In this document: piece by piece, positions 1 to 10,557 of the stretch | How positions within the stretch are numbered: the stretch's first letter is position 1 | Layout: each line of letters starts with the position of its first letter | Origin: Candidatus Melainabacteria bacterium | GTDB lineage: Bacteria; Cyanobacteriota; Vampirovibrionia; Obscuribacterales; Obscuribacteraceae | NCBI GenBank assembly: GCA_963845445.1 | Contig: CAWJSE010000001.1 | Location: 6,684-70,683 of the forward strand | Reading direction: 5' to 3' | Length of the DNA: 64,000 nucleotides | Notes under the pieces: generated by a model | Told to the model about the DNA's origin: nothing | Seen by the model: the letters and a program-made list of their open reading frames with translations, nothing else | Database searches by the model: none | Position numbers and translations under genes: made by a program

Positions 1-186
1 GACTTCAATCAGCCTGTACTGTTACTCGAAGATCATGATAAAGAACGGGTAAAGGGTGCCTGGCTCAAAACTATAAAAGAATCAGAAAACAATAACTTCA
101 ATCAGAGTTCAAAAGATAAACTACTAGTTGCTGAGCAATTAGCGCAGCAGAACGCAATACAATTAGCTAATACATTGAGAGGATAG
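1..186 (+). CDS. 3' end of an upstream gene (partial, hypothetical)
   Basis: Frame +1 is open from the window edge to TAG at 184-186 (...LAQQNAIQLANTLRG*); no recognisable motif. Confidence 0.3.
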   Translation, partial: DFNQPVLLLEDHDKERVKGAWLKTIKESENNNFNQSSKDKLLVAEQLAQQNAIQLANTLRG

Positions 187-194
187 CACTACCT

Positions 195-968
195 ATGATG
201 GCACAAAAACTGCTCTCTCGCCAGTCTGTTTTGGGTTATCCGGTGGATTTATGCAACCAAGCACAGGCTTTGGCAGTTATAAAAGATTGTTGGCAAAGTA
301 AAACAGATTTGCATGTCGTCACTTTAAATGCTGAAATGATTATATCTGCTCAAAATGATAAGAAATTGGACCGCATTATTCAGCATGCTAATTTAGTCAT
401 TCCTGATGGAGCTGGTGTAATACTGGCCCTGAAATTGCAAGGTTTTAAGGCATCCAGAGTGCCAGGAATTGAATTAGCCCATGGCGCCTTACAATTGGCT
501 ACTCAGAACGATATTCCGGTTGCCCTAATCGGAGCTGATCGGCAAGTTCTCGATTATTTGCGGGGCGCCTTGCCGCAGCAGTTTCCAGGCTTAAGACTTG
601 TTTTTAGCCAGGATGGTTATTTTGACGCCGCGCAACAAGAAAAGGTTATAGCAGATCTAAACCAGTCTAATGCTCAGCTCGTGCTTATAGCTATGGGAGT
701 ACCTAGACAAGAGTATCTCATCGAGCAGGCACAAATAAATGCTCACCATAGGGTTTGCATCGGGGTGGGAGGGAGCTTTGATGTTTGGGCGGGTAAAGTG
801 CGGCGAGCCCCAAGAATATGGCAAAATTGCCATCTGGAATGGTTTTATCGATTAGTGAGCGAACCTTGGCGCCTCAAACGTATGAGCAAGACTTTACCAA
901 AATTCGCCTGCCAGGTAATGATTGAATTTTTACGCAACAAGCTATTAAATAATCGCAAAAGCGAATAG
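195..968 (+). CDS. WecG/TagA/CpsF-family (GT26) glycosyltransferase
   Basis: 257-aa ORF with PDGAGV, IAMGVPRQEYLI and GVGGSFDVWAGKVRRAP blocks typical of the N-acetylmannosaminyltransferase family. Confidence 0.85.
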   Translation: MMAQKLLSRQSVLGYPVDLCNQAQALAVIKDCWQSKTDLHVVTLNAEMIISAQNDKKLDRIIQHANLVIPDGAGVILALKLQGFKASRVPGIELAHGALQLATQNDIPVALIGADRQVLDYLRGALPQQFPGLRLVFSQDGYFDAAQQEKVIADLNQSNAQLVLIAMGVPRQEYLIEQAQINAHHRVCIGVGGSFDVWAGKVRRAPRIWQNCHLEWFYRLVSEPWRLKRMSKTLPKFACQVMIEFLRNKLLNNRKSE

Positions 969-997
969 ACTAGAGTCTTGCTTATACTTTCTGCCAT

Positions 998-1387
998 ATG
1001 TTTTTCAAACAAAAGATTGACCAAATTGACACATTGCCCTTACGGCTGCTAGCCACTTTGGGAGACGCTGTATGCAGTCTGATTGAGCGCGAACGCGCTA
1101 TTGCCAGCACTCATTCTGCCAAACAAATGCATGAACACAGTAAAAAGCGCGTGAATGCCCAGACCCAAGCTGAAGATTTAGATAAAATTATGCAGTTTCT
1201 TAGCGATACCGAACTTGAATTGGTACGTAGAGCTTTAAATTTAAAAGCTAATAATTACCGTAAAACAGGGCAAATTACTTCCAGAAAATCGACTGCTTAC
1301 GAAGTTTTACTTGGCTACCTCTATCTGACCGATTTCGGCCGATTGCAGGAATTGATCATTATTAATGCCCCAAAAAGCAATAATTAA
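998..1387 (+). CDS. mrnC: Mini-ribonuclease 3 (RNase III catalytic domain only)
   Basis: 129-aa ORF; LATLGDAVCSLIERE ... LLGYLYL pattern and size match Mini-III; no dsRNA-binding domain. Confidence 0.75.
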   Translation: MFFKQKIDQIDTLPLRLLATLGDAVCSLIERERAIASTHSAKQMHEHSKKRVNAQTQAEDLDKIMQFLSDTELELVRRALNLKANNYRKTGQITSRKSTAYEVLLGYLYLTDFGRLQELIIINAPKSNN

Positions 1388-1528
1388 GAGGCAAATCTTA
1401 AGGATAAGTTTTAATATGGCTTTCAAGAGCATTCTAGTGATAATTTAAATTTGGATATCGGCTTCAGGAATACGATAAGCAAGCGGTGATTAGTTCAGAT
1501 TTAATTTGTCAGATCTTTAGTAGAGAAT

Positions 1529-2627
1529 TTGGCTGACGGATTGCTTGTGAGTGGCTCTGACGGCCTTATTCAGATTTGCAATCAATCTTTTGCAAATATT
1601 GTTGGTAGTTCGACAGATAAAATAGTGGGCAGTGCACTCTCTCAGTTTATCAAATTTGAAGAGAGCGAATTCTCTGATACTACTGATGGTGTTACAACGT
1701 GCAGTGAATCAAACGAGCATAACGGCAAAAAAGATGATTCTGAAAATTCTTGGCCTACTTAATGTTTGCAAGCCAAAGATAGTTTCAGTTAAAAATCGTG
1801 GTGGTTTTGATTTAAATATGCCCGCCACTCATTGTGAAATTCTGAATAACGACAACAAAATTGTTGGTTACCTTTCCATAATACACATCATTCAAGCTCA
1901 TTCTGTTCAGCAAGCCCAAACCGAGTTTGTCAGCACCGTAAGCCATGAATTAAGAACACCCCTTACCAGTATTAAGGGTTTTGCTGATACGATTTTGCGT
2001 GCTGGAGAAAAGTTAGACAAAGCGCAACAACGACGTTATATAGGTATTATTAAAGACCAAGCTGACAGACTAACACGCTTAGTCGAGGATCTGCTGGCCG
2101 TCTCCAGGCTAGAATCGAAGAAATTGCAGCTCACTATGCGAGCAATTGATTTGCGCGAAGCAATCGAGCGAGTTTTACGCAATTTGGGCGACAAAGCTGG
2201 AAATCATAGAATCGTTACCGATTTGCCAGCTAGCCTCCCACCAATATGGGCAGATGCTGATCGCGTCGAACAAATACTAACCAATCTTATTGACAACGCA
2301 ATTAAATATTCTCCCGCTGGCACGTCGGTAACAATTGCTGCACGAGAATTATGTGCACATCCTGAATCGATTGAATTTACAATCACAGACCAAGGTGTGG
2401 GCATACCTCATGAACACCTACCAAAAATATTTACTAAATTTGGACGTCTGGATAATCCACTCATTCGCCAAACAGAAGGAACTGGATTGGGACTTTATAT
2501 TACCCGCTCGCTTGTTCTTGCTTTGGGTGGACAGATAGAAGTAAACAGTAAACCGGGACAAACGACATTTACTGTACATTTGCCAGCTACCAGCCTAGAG
2601 GAGCAAGCCGCTAGAGGCAGAGGGTAA
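1529..2627 (+). CDS. PAS-HisKA-HATPase sensor histidine kinase (frame-shifted as assembled)
   Basis: PAS start (ADGLLVSGSDGLIQICNQSFANIVG) is in ORF 1529-1762 and the rest in ORF 1632-2627. It has an H-box SHELRTPL, N-box LIDNAIKYSP, G1 DQGVGI and G2 GTGLGL. Frames join at the A6 run 1727-1732. The N-terminus may extend to GTG 1486 through a second shift near 1516. Confidence 0.85.
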
Positions 2628-2628
2628 T

Positions 2629-3955
2629 ATGCTTCCAACACCAATTATTCTAATCATTCATCAAGCCGAGCGGGCGCACGGCTATGGAAAAATTCTTGAA
2701 AAAACCGGAGCAAAAGTGCATGCTGTGACCTCATTACAGCAAGCGAATGAATTATTGTCTTTCTTGCATCCAGATTTAATTATTCTTGCCACTAATATGC
2801 CAGATGGTGAAGGACACCTCTATGGGCAACAGATTAGAGCCACACTTGTGCAACCGCGGCCAGTTTTGGTTTTGTTGCAAGGCTCAAGCGACATATCCGA
2901 ACGCATTAGCTTATTCCGTTTTGGTGCTGATGACGTACTTCAGGATGGCATCGATAAGAAAGAACTTGCTTTCCGAGTAATGGCGCATTTGCGACGGAGA
3001 CAGGAGGAATTTTCAAATTCGCTCACACAATTGCCTGGACCCAATTTAATCAAACGGATGCTTGAACAAAGTCTGGTATCAGATAAGGCCTGGTCCGCAA
3101 TATCAGTAGATTTAAACAAAATACGTGTTTATAACGAAACATACGGTGATTTAGCTGGCGATCAACTAATAAAAGCCCTGGGAGCCATCTTAGTTGATAT
3201 AGCCGAAGAAGAAGATTTCGTTGGTCATATTGAGGCGGATGATTTTTTGCTTATAACTAAATCAAAACACCCAGAAAAGAAAGCGGAACGGATATGCCAA
3301 CAATTTGATCATATAAGCAATCGCTTTTATCCACGGGGGGATATCGAAAGAGGCTATTTAATTTCCACTGGACGGGGCGGCATCAGAAGACGCATTCCAC
3401 TTATTTCAATTGCCGTGGGTATAGTCTCATCCAGCAGCCGACGTTTTCAAAGTTATGTAGATGTGCTGACAACTTCAAGAGACTATCGTTATCTGGCTAA
3501 GAAACAATCTGGCTCAAGCTGGGTAAGCGACGGTTCGCTTTCCCAGGAAAAGCAAGTTCCTGTGCACTCAAATAATATTCAAGAGAAGAAAGCTCCGCGC
3601 ATTTTGGTTATAGAACCAGATGGTGCAATGGCTTGTTTACTACAAGAAACCTTATCTCTAGAAGGTTATTTTGTCCAAGTTACTAATTCGGCTGACGATG
3701 CCTTTGAACTCATAAATAGCGACGCACGGACCAGATTTAATTTTAATGGAATCAAATCTAGTAGATAGACAAATGGATGGTTGGAAACTATGCCGTAGCC
3801 TTAAAGACGATGAGCAATTGCGCGAGATTTGTTTGGTTATGGTCACCTCGCATCCCGATCAATCACTCGCTTTAGAGGCGGGAGCAGACCTATATTTGCC
3901 TAAACCATTTGATATGGCTATTCTTCTTAATGAAGTTAGCTTATTATTGCGCTAA
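2629..3955 (+). CDS. Pseudo-receiver / degenerate GGDEF / receiver-like signalling protein (frame-shifted as assembled)
   Basis: ORF 2629-3768 plus ORF 3746-3955. REC1 has Ala where the phospho-Asp is expected (PDLIILATNMPDGEG). The GGDEF motif reads HIEADDF. REC2 (PDLILMESNLVDRQMDGW ... LPKPF) is only contiguous if one base near 3728-3731 is removed. Confidence 0.8.
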
Positions 3956-4531
3956 TTCTTTGAGAATCCAATCCACGCCTTGATTGATATCAGCGGCAAC
4001 GAAATCTGGTTTGATATTCCGAAACGTGAGCATTCTAAGCGTTTCCTCTCCGTAGCCAGTTCTCACTATTATTGAACGGAGTTTGGCATTGATAGCAAGG
4101 CCAATATCAGCTTCTTTATCTCCGACCATAAAAGATTTGTCTTTGTTTAAACCAGAAATTTCATCATAGGCACGATCAATAAGTCCTGTAGCTGGTTTTC
4201 TGCAGTTACAAACTTTAGCAAGTCGCGCTTCACTGCCATCGGGCAAATGAGGGCAATAATAAACAGCATCCAGAAAAGCGCCTTCCTCCCCTAATAGAGA
4301 TTCCAGGCGTTTATGTAAATCCTGAATATGGGATTCCGGATAATACTTTCGAGCAGCACCAGACTGATTAGTGACCAGAACAGCAATTATTCCTGCATCG
4401 TTTAGACGTTTAACAGATCTTGCCGCGCCTGGAATCAAGACCAAATCGTCCAAATTGCGCAAATAACCCTTTTCGAAATTGAGGGTGCCATCCCGGTCTA
4501 AAAACACGACTGGCTTTCCTATATTAGACAT
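3944..4531 (-). CDS. gmhB: D-glycero-D-manno-heptose 1,7-bisphosphate phosphatase (HAD-IIIA)
   Basis: FLDRDGTLN, VTNQSG, CPH...CNCRKP zinc motif and GDKEAD motifs in the order typical of GmhB/HisB-N. Confidence 0.8.
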   Translation of the reverse strand: MSNIGKPVVFLDRDGTLNFEKGYLRNLDDLVLIPGAARSVKRLNDAGIIAVLVTNQSGAARKYYPESHIQDLHKRLESLLGEEGAFLDAVYYCPHLPDGSEARLAKVCNCRKPATGLIDRAYDEISGLNKDKSFMVGDKEADIGLAINAKLRSIIVRTGYGEETLRMLTFRNIKPDFVAADINQGVDWILKELAQ

Positions 4532-4611
4532 CGCTTCTCCTCGGCATAGTCATAGGATAAAACAAAGGCTGCATCCATAGACCGATTGCTAAGAAAGCTA
4601 ATATGAGGGAT

Positions 4612-6593
4612 CTAGAAGTTATCTGGTATCGGAGATCCTTCTGGTAAAGTAGGCGTAGTTTTTTGGAAACGCTCAGAGCGACCAGATGAATAGTACCGTT
4701 CATCGACAACCGATGGTTCAACTTGGAACATATTGGTATCGCGCGGTCCTTCAACTCTACCCAATTCTTCCGGCAGTTTTAGCTGTCCAGGCGTACCAGG
4801 TAAGATAATTTCCGGACGAACTGAGATAACCAATTCACTTTCGTTCTTTGAAAATGCCTTTGATCGATATAGCGCACCCAGCACTGGCACTTCTCCCAAA
4901 ACTGGATTCATATCTAATTCTCTACCGACGTTCGACGTAACTAAGCCTGCTATGAATAATTCCTGGCCTGGCTTAAGTTCGACAATAGTTTGAGTTTTTC
5001 TAGTAGTGAATGAATCAATCGGTGTAGAAGATCCGACAAACTCTAAGGCGTTAGCAGAACTTAAAACACGCTCTTCTGGAGATATTTCTAAATTAATAAC
5101 TCCATTTTCCTGCAAAATAGGAATTATGTTTAGTCTTAATCCGAATGGCTCGAACGTAATTGATTGCAAAGAAACACCAGCAGTAGCTAACTGTTGTTGA
5201 ATAGGTACTTCACCACCAGCTAAGAATGATGCCCGTTCCCCTGATACCGTAACTAATGTGGGTTCAGATAAAATGCGCGCTCGACTTTGTTCTATAGCGC
5301 CTTGAATAATAGGCGAAATAGACATACTGCCGTGCCCTAATGCAAAAGCATTTGTACCAGTAAACAAGTTAGCCAAGCTGGTAGCGGCGCTAGAAAATGT
5401 TGCACCACCTGGAGTTCCAAATAGAGCAGCGGTGGGTAGAAGCGACGGCGGAGCTGAAGATAAAATCGGCTGACCGATACCGGCAACATTTTGTGTCAAG
5501 CCGGTTGGAAAAATAACTTGCGAACCATATCCAAAGCCGACACTATTAAGACTGGAGAAACCAGAATTACCCCCATTCACCTGCAAACCAGGGAAAGAAA
5601 CCGGGCTTTGGTTACCAATGCTCGGATTAGCAGAACCACCAATACCAAAGCCAAAGTTATGAGTAGTAAAATTTATACCTAATTGAATGCCAAGAGCTCT
5701 AGCAGTTGCAGTATTCATTTCCAAAAAAGTGCAATGCAGAACTATTAAGGGCACTTTTCTAACCCTGATCATACTAGTCACTCGGCCGCCGTCACTTGAT
5801 ACTAGCTGAGCGCGACCAATATTATTTGGCAAATTAGGGAAATATGTATATTTATCGACTTGGGCTAACTGAGCAAGGTTTGAGGCACTACCACCACCGC
5901 CGCCGCCAGCAGCACCACCACCACCAGCACCACCACCTCGAGCCATCATTTCACCAATTCTGGCAGTAATAAGGCGATTATTCGCTACCAGGATATTACA
6001 TCCTCGATCGTCCATAAAAACATTAGCGGCCGCGAAGGCGCGAATGATTGATTCGGGATAATCAACATCCCCCAACAAAACCACTCTATCGGTGCCAGCT
6101 ACGTTATAGGTTTTGACAATAATGCGAGGATCTATTTCTCTGAGCGTAGATTGTAATTGTCCAAAATCACGATTTACCCTCAAATCTACAGCTACTGAAT
6201 TACCAGCATCATCCCAGAGCAGCATAGTGGCAATACCAGGGCTTTTGCCGAGCAGAACAAATTGATTTTCAGTGATAATAACGGGTTCAGCAATACTGGT
6301 GTCACTAATGTGAGTCCTAATAATTTTGTTCTTCGTTCTGAAAGTTCTGGATTGAGAGACTTTTAAATCAATGATATTGCTTGGCTTAAACTCTTCTAGA
6401 TCAAGAGACCCAGAAACTATCGGTGGTATAGGAGATGCTACTACACTTCCAGATTTTGCCTGTGCCAAAAGTATAGAATCACCCTTATTATTGGACGCAT
6501 CTTTTGAACGGGCTTGCCTGTAGAAGCTAAAGCAAGTCCCTGTCCAAAGAGAAGACTTACGCTCAAACTTAAACTCAAACTATACCGTGACAT
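4612..6593 (-). CDS. CpaC/RcpA-type secretin, paralog 1 (signal peptide in a shifted frame as assembled)
   Basis: Pilus-N domain (LKVSQSRTF...IAEPVIITENQFVLLGKSPGIATMLLWDD) and secretin core (ILSEPTLVTVSGERASFLAGGEVPI, VPVLGALYRSKAFSKNESELVISVRPEII). The signal peptide MSRYSLSLSLSVSLLFGQGLALA lies in ORF 6441-6644 and joins at the T4 run 6502-6505. Confidence 0.8.
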
Positions 6594-6655
6594 AAAATTC
6601 TCCATATTTAACACACCATTCATCCTAGCAAGAGTCTTTTCCATTTATCAAACTC

Positions 6656-8863
6656 CTATTCATTCTCCGGTATAGGTGAACCTTCAGGCAAAGTCGGAGT
6701 CGTTTTTTGGTAACGCTCAGATCGACCAGAAGTCATATAACGTTCGTCTATGACTGTAGGCTCAACTTGGAACATGTTTGTGTCGCGTGGAGCCTCAACT
6801 CTGCTTATCTCTTCAGGCAACTTCAACTGACCAGGTGTACCAGGCAAGATAATCTCTGGACGCACAGCGACAACTAATTCGCTCTCGTTCTTGCTAAAGG
6901 CTTTGGAACGGTAAAGAGCTCCCAAAACCGGTATTTCTCCCAAAATTGGAGTTTTGATTATGTCTCTACCGCTATTGCTTGTAATTAAACCGGCTATAAA
7001 CAGTTCTTGTCCCGGTTTCATTTCAACAATTGTCTGGGCCTTCCGGGTGGTAAAGCCTGGAATAGCAGTGCTCAATGAAGAGGGCTGGAAAGATATAACG
7101 TTTGATATTAAACGCTCTTCCGGCGATATCTCTAGATTTATATTGCCATTTTCCATTAACACAGGAATTATATTCAAACGCAAGCCAAATGGTTCGAACA
7201 CAACGGATTGTCCGGTTGTACCTGCTGAAGCCGAAGACTCAATGACCGGGATTTCACCACCAGCTAAGAAAGCGGCTCTTTCACCAGATATAGTGACCAA
7301 AGTTGGTTCGGCAAGAATTCTCGCTCTATTTCTGGAAATAATACCCTGTATGGTGGGGTTTATAGACAGAGCACCTGATACACCAAGACCGCGGTTTATG
7401 TTAGACAGAGAGGTAAAAATGTTCTGCAAATTAGAAGTTCCAAACTGAGCTCCACCTGGGGCACCGAGCAGCACCGAGGTTGGCAACAGAGTACCGGGCG
7501 GTTGATTAACTACGGCTTGACCAATTCCAGCTAAGCCACCAGTGACCTGACCACCTGTAAATGCTGACTGCACAGTCGTATTAGATACGAAAGATACAGG
7601 ACCCACAATTTGAGGACCGGGTATACCACCAGGTAAAGCGGTTTGATTGAAATAGGGCGTGACACCGTTAACAATACTAACATTACCGGTACTACCTATA
7701 TTAGAGTTATTACCACCCACACCAAAGGTAAAATTTCTGCCGGTGTATGCTAAACCTAATTGCACACCCAATTCTCTAGCGGCAATTGAATTCATTTCCA
7801 TAAAAGTACAATGCAATACGATCATCGGTACTTTTCTAACGCGGATCAAGCTTGTGACCCTGCCACCGTCACTAGTAATTACTTGCGCCTTACTTATGTT
7901 ATTTGGCAAGTTAGGAAAAAATGTATAACGATCTACTTGCCCTAACTGAGCAAGCGCTCCACTACTGGAGCCGCCGCCACCGGTTTGTCCACCACCACCT
8001 TGAGCCATCATTTCACCAATTCTGGCCGTAATAAGTCTGCCGTTTGCAATTTGGATATTCATACCGCGATCATCCATAAATACGTTTGATGAACCAAAGG
8101 CTCTTATAACGGATTCTGGGTGGTCTACGTCACCAAGAAGAATAATTCTGTCTGTTCCGCCAGCAAAAATGGGTTTCACAATTATGCGTGGATCTACCTC
8201 TCTTAAGGCAGCTTGCAATTGAGAAAAATCACGGGTAACTCTTATATCGATAGTAGCGGAATTACCTGCATCATCCCAAAGAACGAGTGTCGCTCCCCCA
8301 GAATTGTGTCCCAGTAAAACCAATTGATTTTCAGTGACAAGAATAGGTTCAGCAATATTGGGATCGCTGATGGAAATTCTCACAATTTTGTTTTTTAACT
8401 TAAAAGTGCGCGATTGAGATATTTTAAGTTCTATTACGTTCGAAGTCTTGAGCTCCTCAAGATCTACTGTACCAGAGACCACAGGAGGGATAACGGTTGC
8501 TCCCAAATAATCAGGGCTCCCTTGGGCAAGCATCTGATCAGGGGCCATTTGCGTTACCAAAGGCTGGTGTTTTCTCTTTGTACTTCCCGGACGGTTAGCA
8601 ATGAGAGCTTTATCTGTATATTCGATTGAAGGGTGAATGGTTAATACCGCAGCTGGTGAACCAAGCTTATCTTCAATAGTAGAGTCGCCAGGTCCTAATA
8701 AAAATAAGGAATGTCCTTTTTGTGGACTATTACTCTTAAATGGATGAGACGATGAATTATTATCATTCGCCGTTTCAACCTGAGCAGCCATAGTACTAAG
8801 CGCAGATGCCGGCATTAGTAGCAAGGATAGGCTTAATGCTAAGCATACACGGGTTTTAATCAT
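6656..8863 (-). CDS. CpaC/RcpA-type secretin, paralog 2
   Basis: 735 aa with signal peptide MIKTRVCLALSLSLLLMPASALS. It has the same pilus-N and secretin-core blocks as paralog 1 plus an extra N-terminal region of about 120 aa. Confidence 0.85.
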   Translation of the reverse strand: MIKTRVCLALSLSLLLMPASALSTMAAQVETANDNNSSSHPFKSNSPQKGHSLFLLGPGDSTIEDKLGSPAAVLTIHPSIEYTDKALIANRPGSTKRKHQPLVTQMAPDQMLAQGSPDYLGATVIPPVVSGTVDLEELKTSNVIELKISQSRTFKLKNKIVRISISDPNIAEPILVTENQLVLLGHNSGGATLVLWDDAGNSATIDIRVTRDFSQLQAALREVDPRIIVKPIFAGGTDRIILLGDVDHPESVIRAFGSSNVFMDDRGMNIQIANGRLITARIGEMMAQGGGGQTGGGGSSSGALAQLGQVDRYTFFPNLPNNISKAQVITSDGGRVTSLIRVRKVPMIVLHCTFMEMNSIAARELGVQLGLAYTGRNFTFGVGGNNSNIGSTGNVSIVNGVTPYFNQTALPGGIPGPQIVGPVSFVSNTTVQSAFTGGQVTGGLAGIGQAVVNQPPGTLLPTSVLLGAPGGAQFGTSNLQNIFTSLSNINRGLGVSGALSINPTIQGIISRNRARILAEPTLVTISGERAAFLAGGEIPVIESSASAGTTGQSVVFEPFGLRLNIIPVLMENGNINLEISPEERLISNVISFQPSSLSTAIPGFTTRKAQTIVEMKPGQELFIAGLITSNSGRDIIKTPILGEIPVLGALYRSKAFSKNESELVVAVRPEIILPGTPGQLKLPEEISRVEAPRDTNMFQVEPTVIDERYMTSGRSERYQKTTPTLPEGSPIPENE

Positions 8864-9776
8864 TACTTTTTCCTCTTCTCCCTTTTATCAAACCCACATT
8901 TGCTACCCGCGCTATGAAGGTTGTTCTTAATACTGTTCAAACTTTGATGATTTAGCACCGTATTTAATGATTTTTGCTACCACCACATTTAGCGTCAAAA
9001 TTAAAAATTTGAAAGGCACCTAAATACTATACATGAATTAATGAAAAAATTTAGATAAACATGAGAACCAACCAAAAAAAATTTTTCACTACTTTAACAT
9101 TGGATAATTAATTGCGCCAGCATTTTATCATTTCTTCTGCGCACCAAATGCGGAATTATATATCATCGGCACCATTAACGGGGTCAATACTACCCGCAAG
9201 GTCACGGGTATTCATGACAACCGCATCTGGTGCAGCACTGCTTCTCGGACAGTGTCCGTCTATGCACCAATTTAACGAGCATCATCGTCCTAGTCCGCCT
9301 CAATTTTCTTGATGCGTATATATTGATATCACTCGCAGTGCCTTGCACCAATCTGGCAAAAGCACCACAGAAATTAAGTGCACCGAATACAACACTGCTT
9401 ACATTAAATGTAGGGGAAGCTGAAAAGTTTTGAAGCGATACCCTATTTAGTGCCATAGTTAAATGGCTGATGAAATTGGTCGTAAAACTTCGGCAGATAA
9501 GTTTTCAAAACTGTCAGAAAGGCCAAACCACTGTATTTGTCCGGCCAAAAAATTTTCTTGGAAGCTTAGGTAAATCTACAATTTAAGCCGAAGAAATGTT
9601 ATATACTCAGAAGCATCCTTCTAGATATTGTTTGCTTGGCTTTATATGGTGAACTTATTATCTAGTGCAAATATAAATCAAATATAAATTTAGCGGGATC
9701 ATAGAATGTATAGCGCTAGCGTGCAAAAATATTCCGCTAACTAAGAATTACAGAGCAGGGAGAAATTAAAGAAGCC

Positions 9777-10505
9777 GTGGTTGAAAATAATAATGAACAA
9801 GACAAAGTACTAGTAGTAGATGATGAAGCTTCCATAAGACGCATCTTGGAAACGAGATTGAAACTTGCCGGATATAACGTGGTAACGGCAGGGGACGGTC
9901 AGGAAGCTCTGGAGCAGTTTCACGGTTTTCAGCCAGATTTAGTCATTTTAGATGTCATGCTGCCAAAAATGGACGGCTATGAAGTCTGCAGAGAAATTAG
10001 AAAAACCGCAGACACTCCAATAATCATGCTTACTGCTGTAGCTGATGTATCCAATCGAATCCAGGGTTTGGAAATCGGAGCTGACGATTATGTGGTTAAA
10101 CCATTCAGCCCCAGCGAGCTAGAGGCCAGAATCAAGGCAGTCTTACGCAGAACAGTCGAAAGGCAGCAAGAAACAGGACAAACAAAAAGTACAAACGTAA
10201 TAACCATTGGCAACCTTAAAATAGACTTAAATAAGCGCCAAGTGACCCGCAAAAATGAACGAATACGCTTGACAGGCATGGAATTCAGTTTACTTGAATT
10301 GCTAGTGACCAATTCAGGCAAGCCTTATTCGCGCGGAGAGATACTGCAGCAAGTTTGGGCTTATCCACCTGATCACAGAATTGACACCAGAGTGGTTGAC
10401 GTACATATAAGTAGATTGCGTTCAAAACTTGAAGAAGATTCTTCCAATCCAGATTTAATCCTGACTGCCCGTGGCATCGGCTATATGTTCCAAAAGATCA
10501 ATTAA
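9777..10505 (+). CDS. rpaB: OmpR-family response regulator, RpaB/Ycf27-like
   Basis: VLVVDDEASIRRILETRL...PDLVILDVMLPKMDGYEVC...IIMLTA...GADDYVVKPFSPSELEARI closely follows cyanobacterial RpaB; winged-helix C-terminal domain; GTG start. Confidence 0.85.
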   Translation: MVENNNEQDKVLVVDDEASIRRILETRLKLAGYNVVTAGDGQEALEQFHGFQPDLVILDVMLPKMDGYEVCREIRKTADTPIIMLTAVADVSNRIQGLEIGADDYVVKPFSPSELEARIKAVLRRTVERQQETGQTKSTNVITIGNLKIDLNKRQVTRKNERIRLTGMEFSLLELLVTNSGKPYSRGEILQQVWAYPPDHRIDTRVVDVHISRLRSKLEEDSSNPDLILTARGIGYMFQKIN

Positions 10506-10557
10506 TCGCTAGGCAATAAATCGATCCGCAGCCTTATATATAGATGCGCTTATATAT

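Noticed and set aside
6954-7448. 164-aa plus-strand ORF, and similar ones (4733-4993, 7659-7928, 8414-8629), antisense to the secretin genes
   Set aside because: They are nested entirely within well-supported minus-strand secretin genes and have no motifs of their own.
4612-8863. A complete Tad/Flp pilus or type II secretion locus around the secretins
   Set aside because: I looked on both strands for ATPase (CpaF/GspE), platform (TadB/C), CpaB/CpaE or pilin genes in the flanks and found none. Only the two secretins are present.
9202-9456. 84-aa minus-strand ORF in the large intergenic region, considered as a pilin or bacteriocin-like precursor
   Set aside because: It has no prepilin or Flp leader, no double-glycine leader and no convincing start context. 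It overlaps two plus-strand ORFs of similar size and is kept only as part of the finding on the ORF-poor region.
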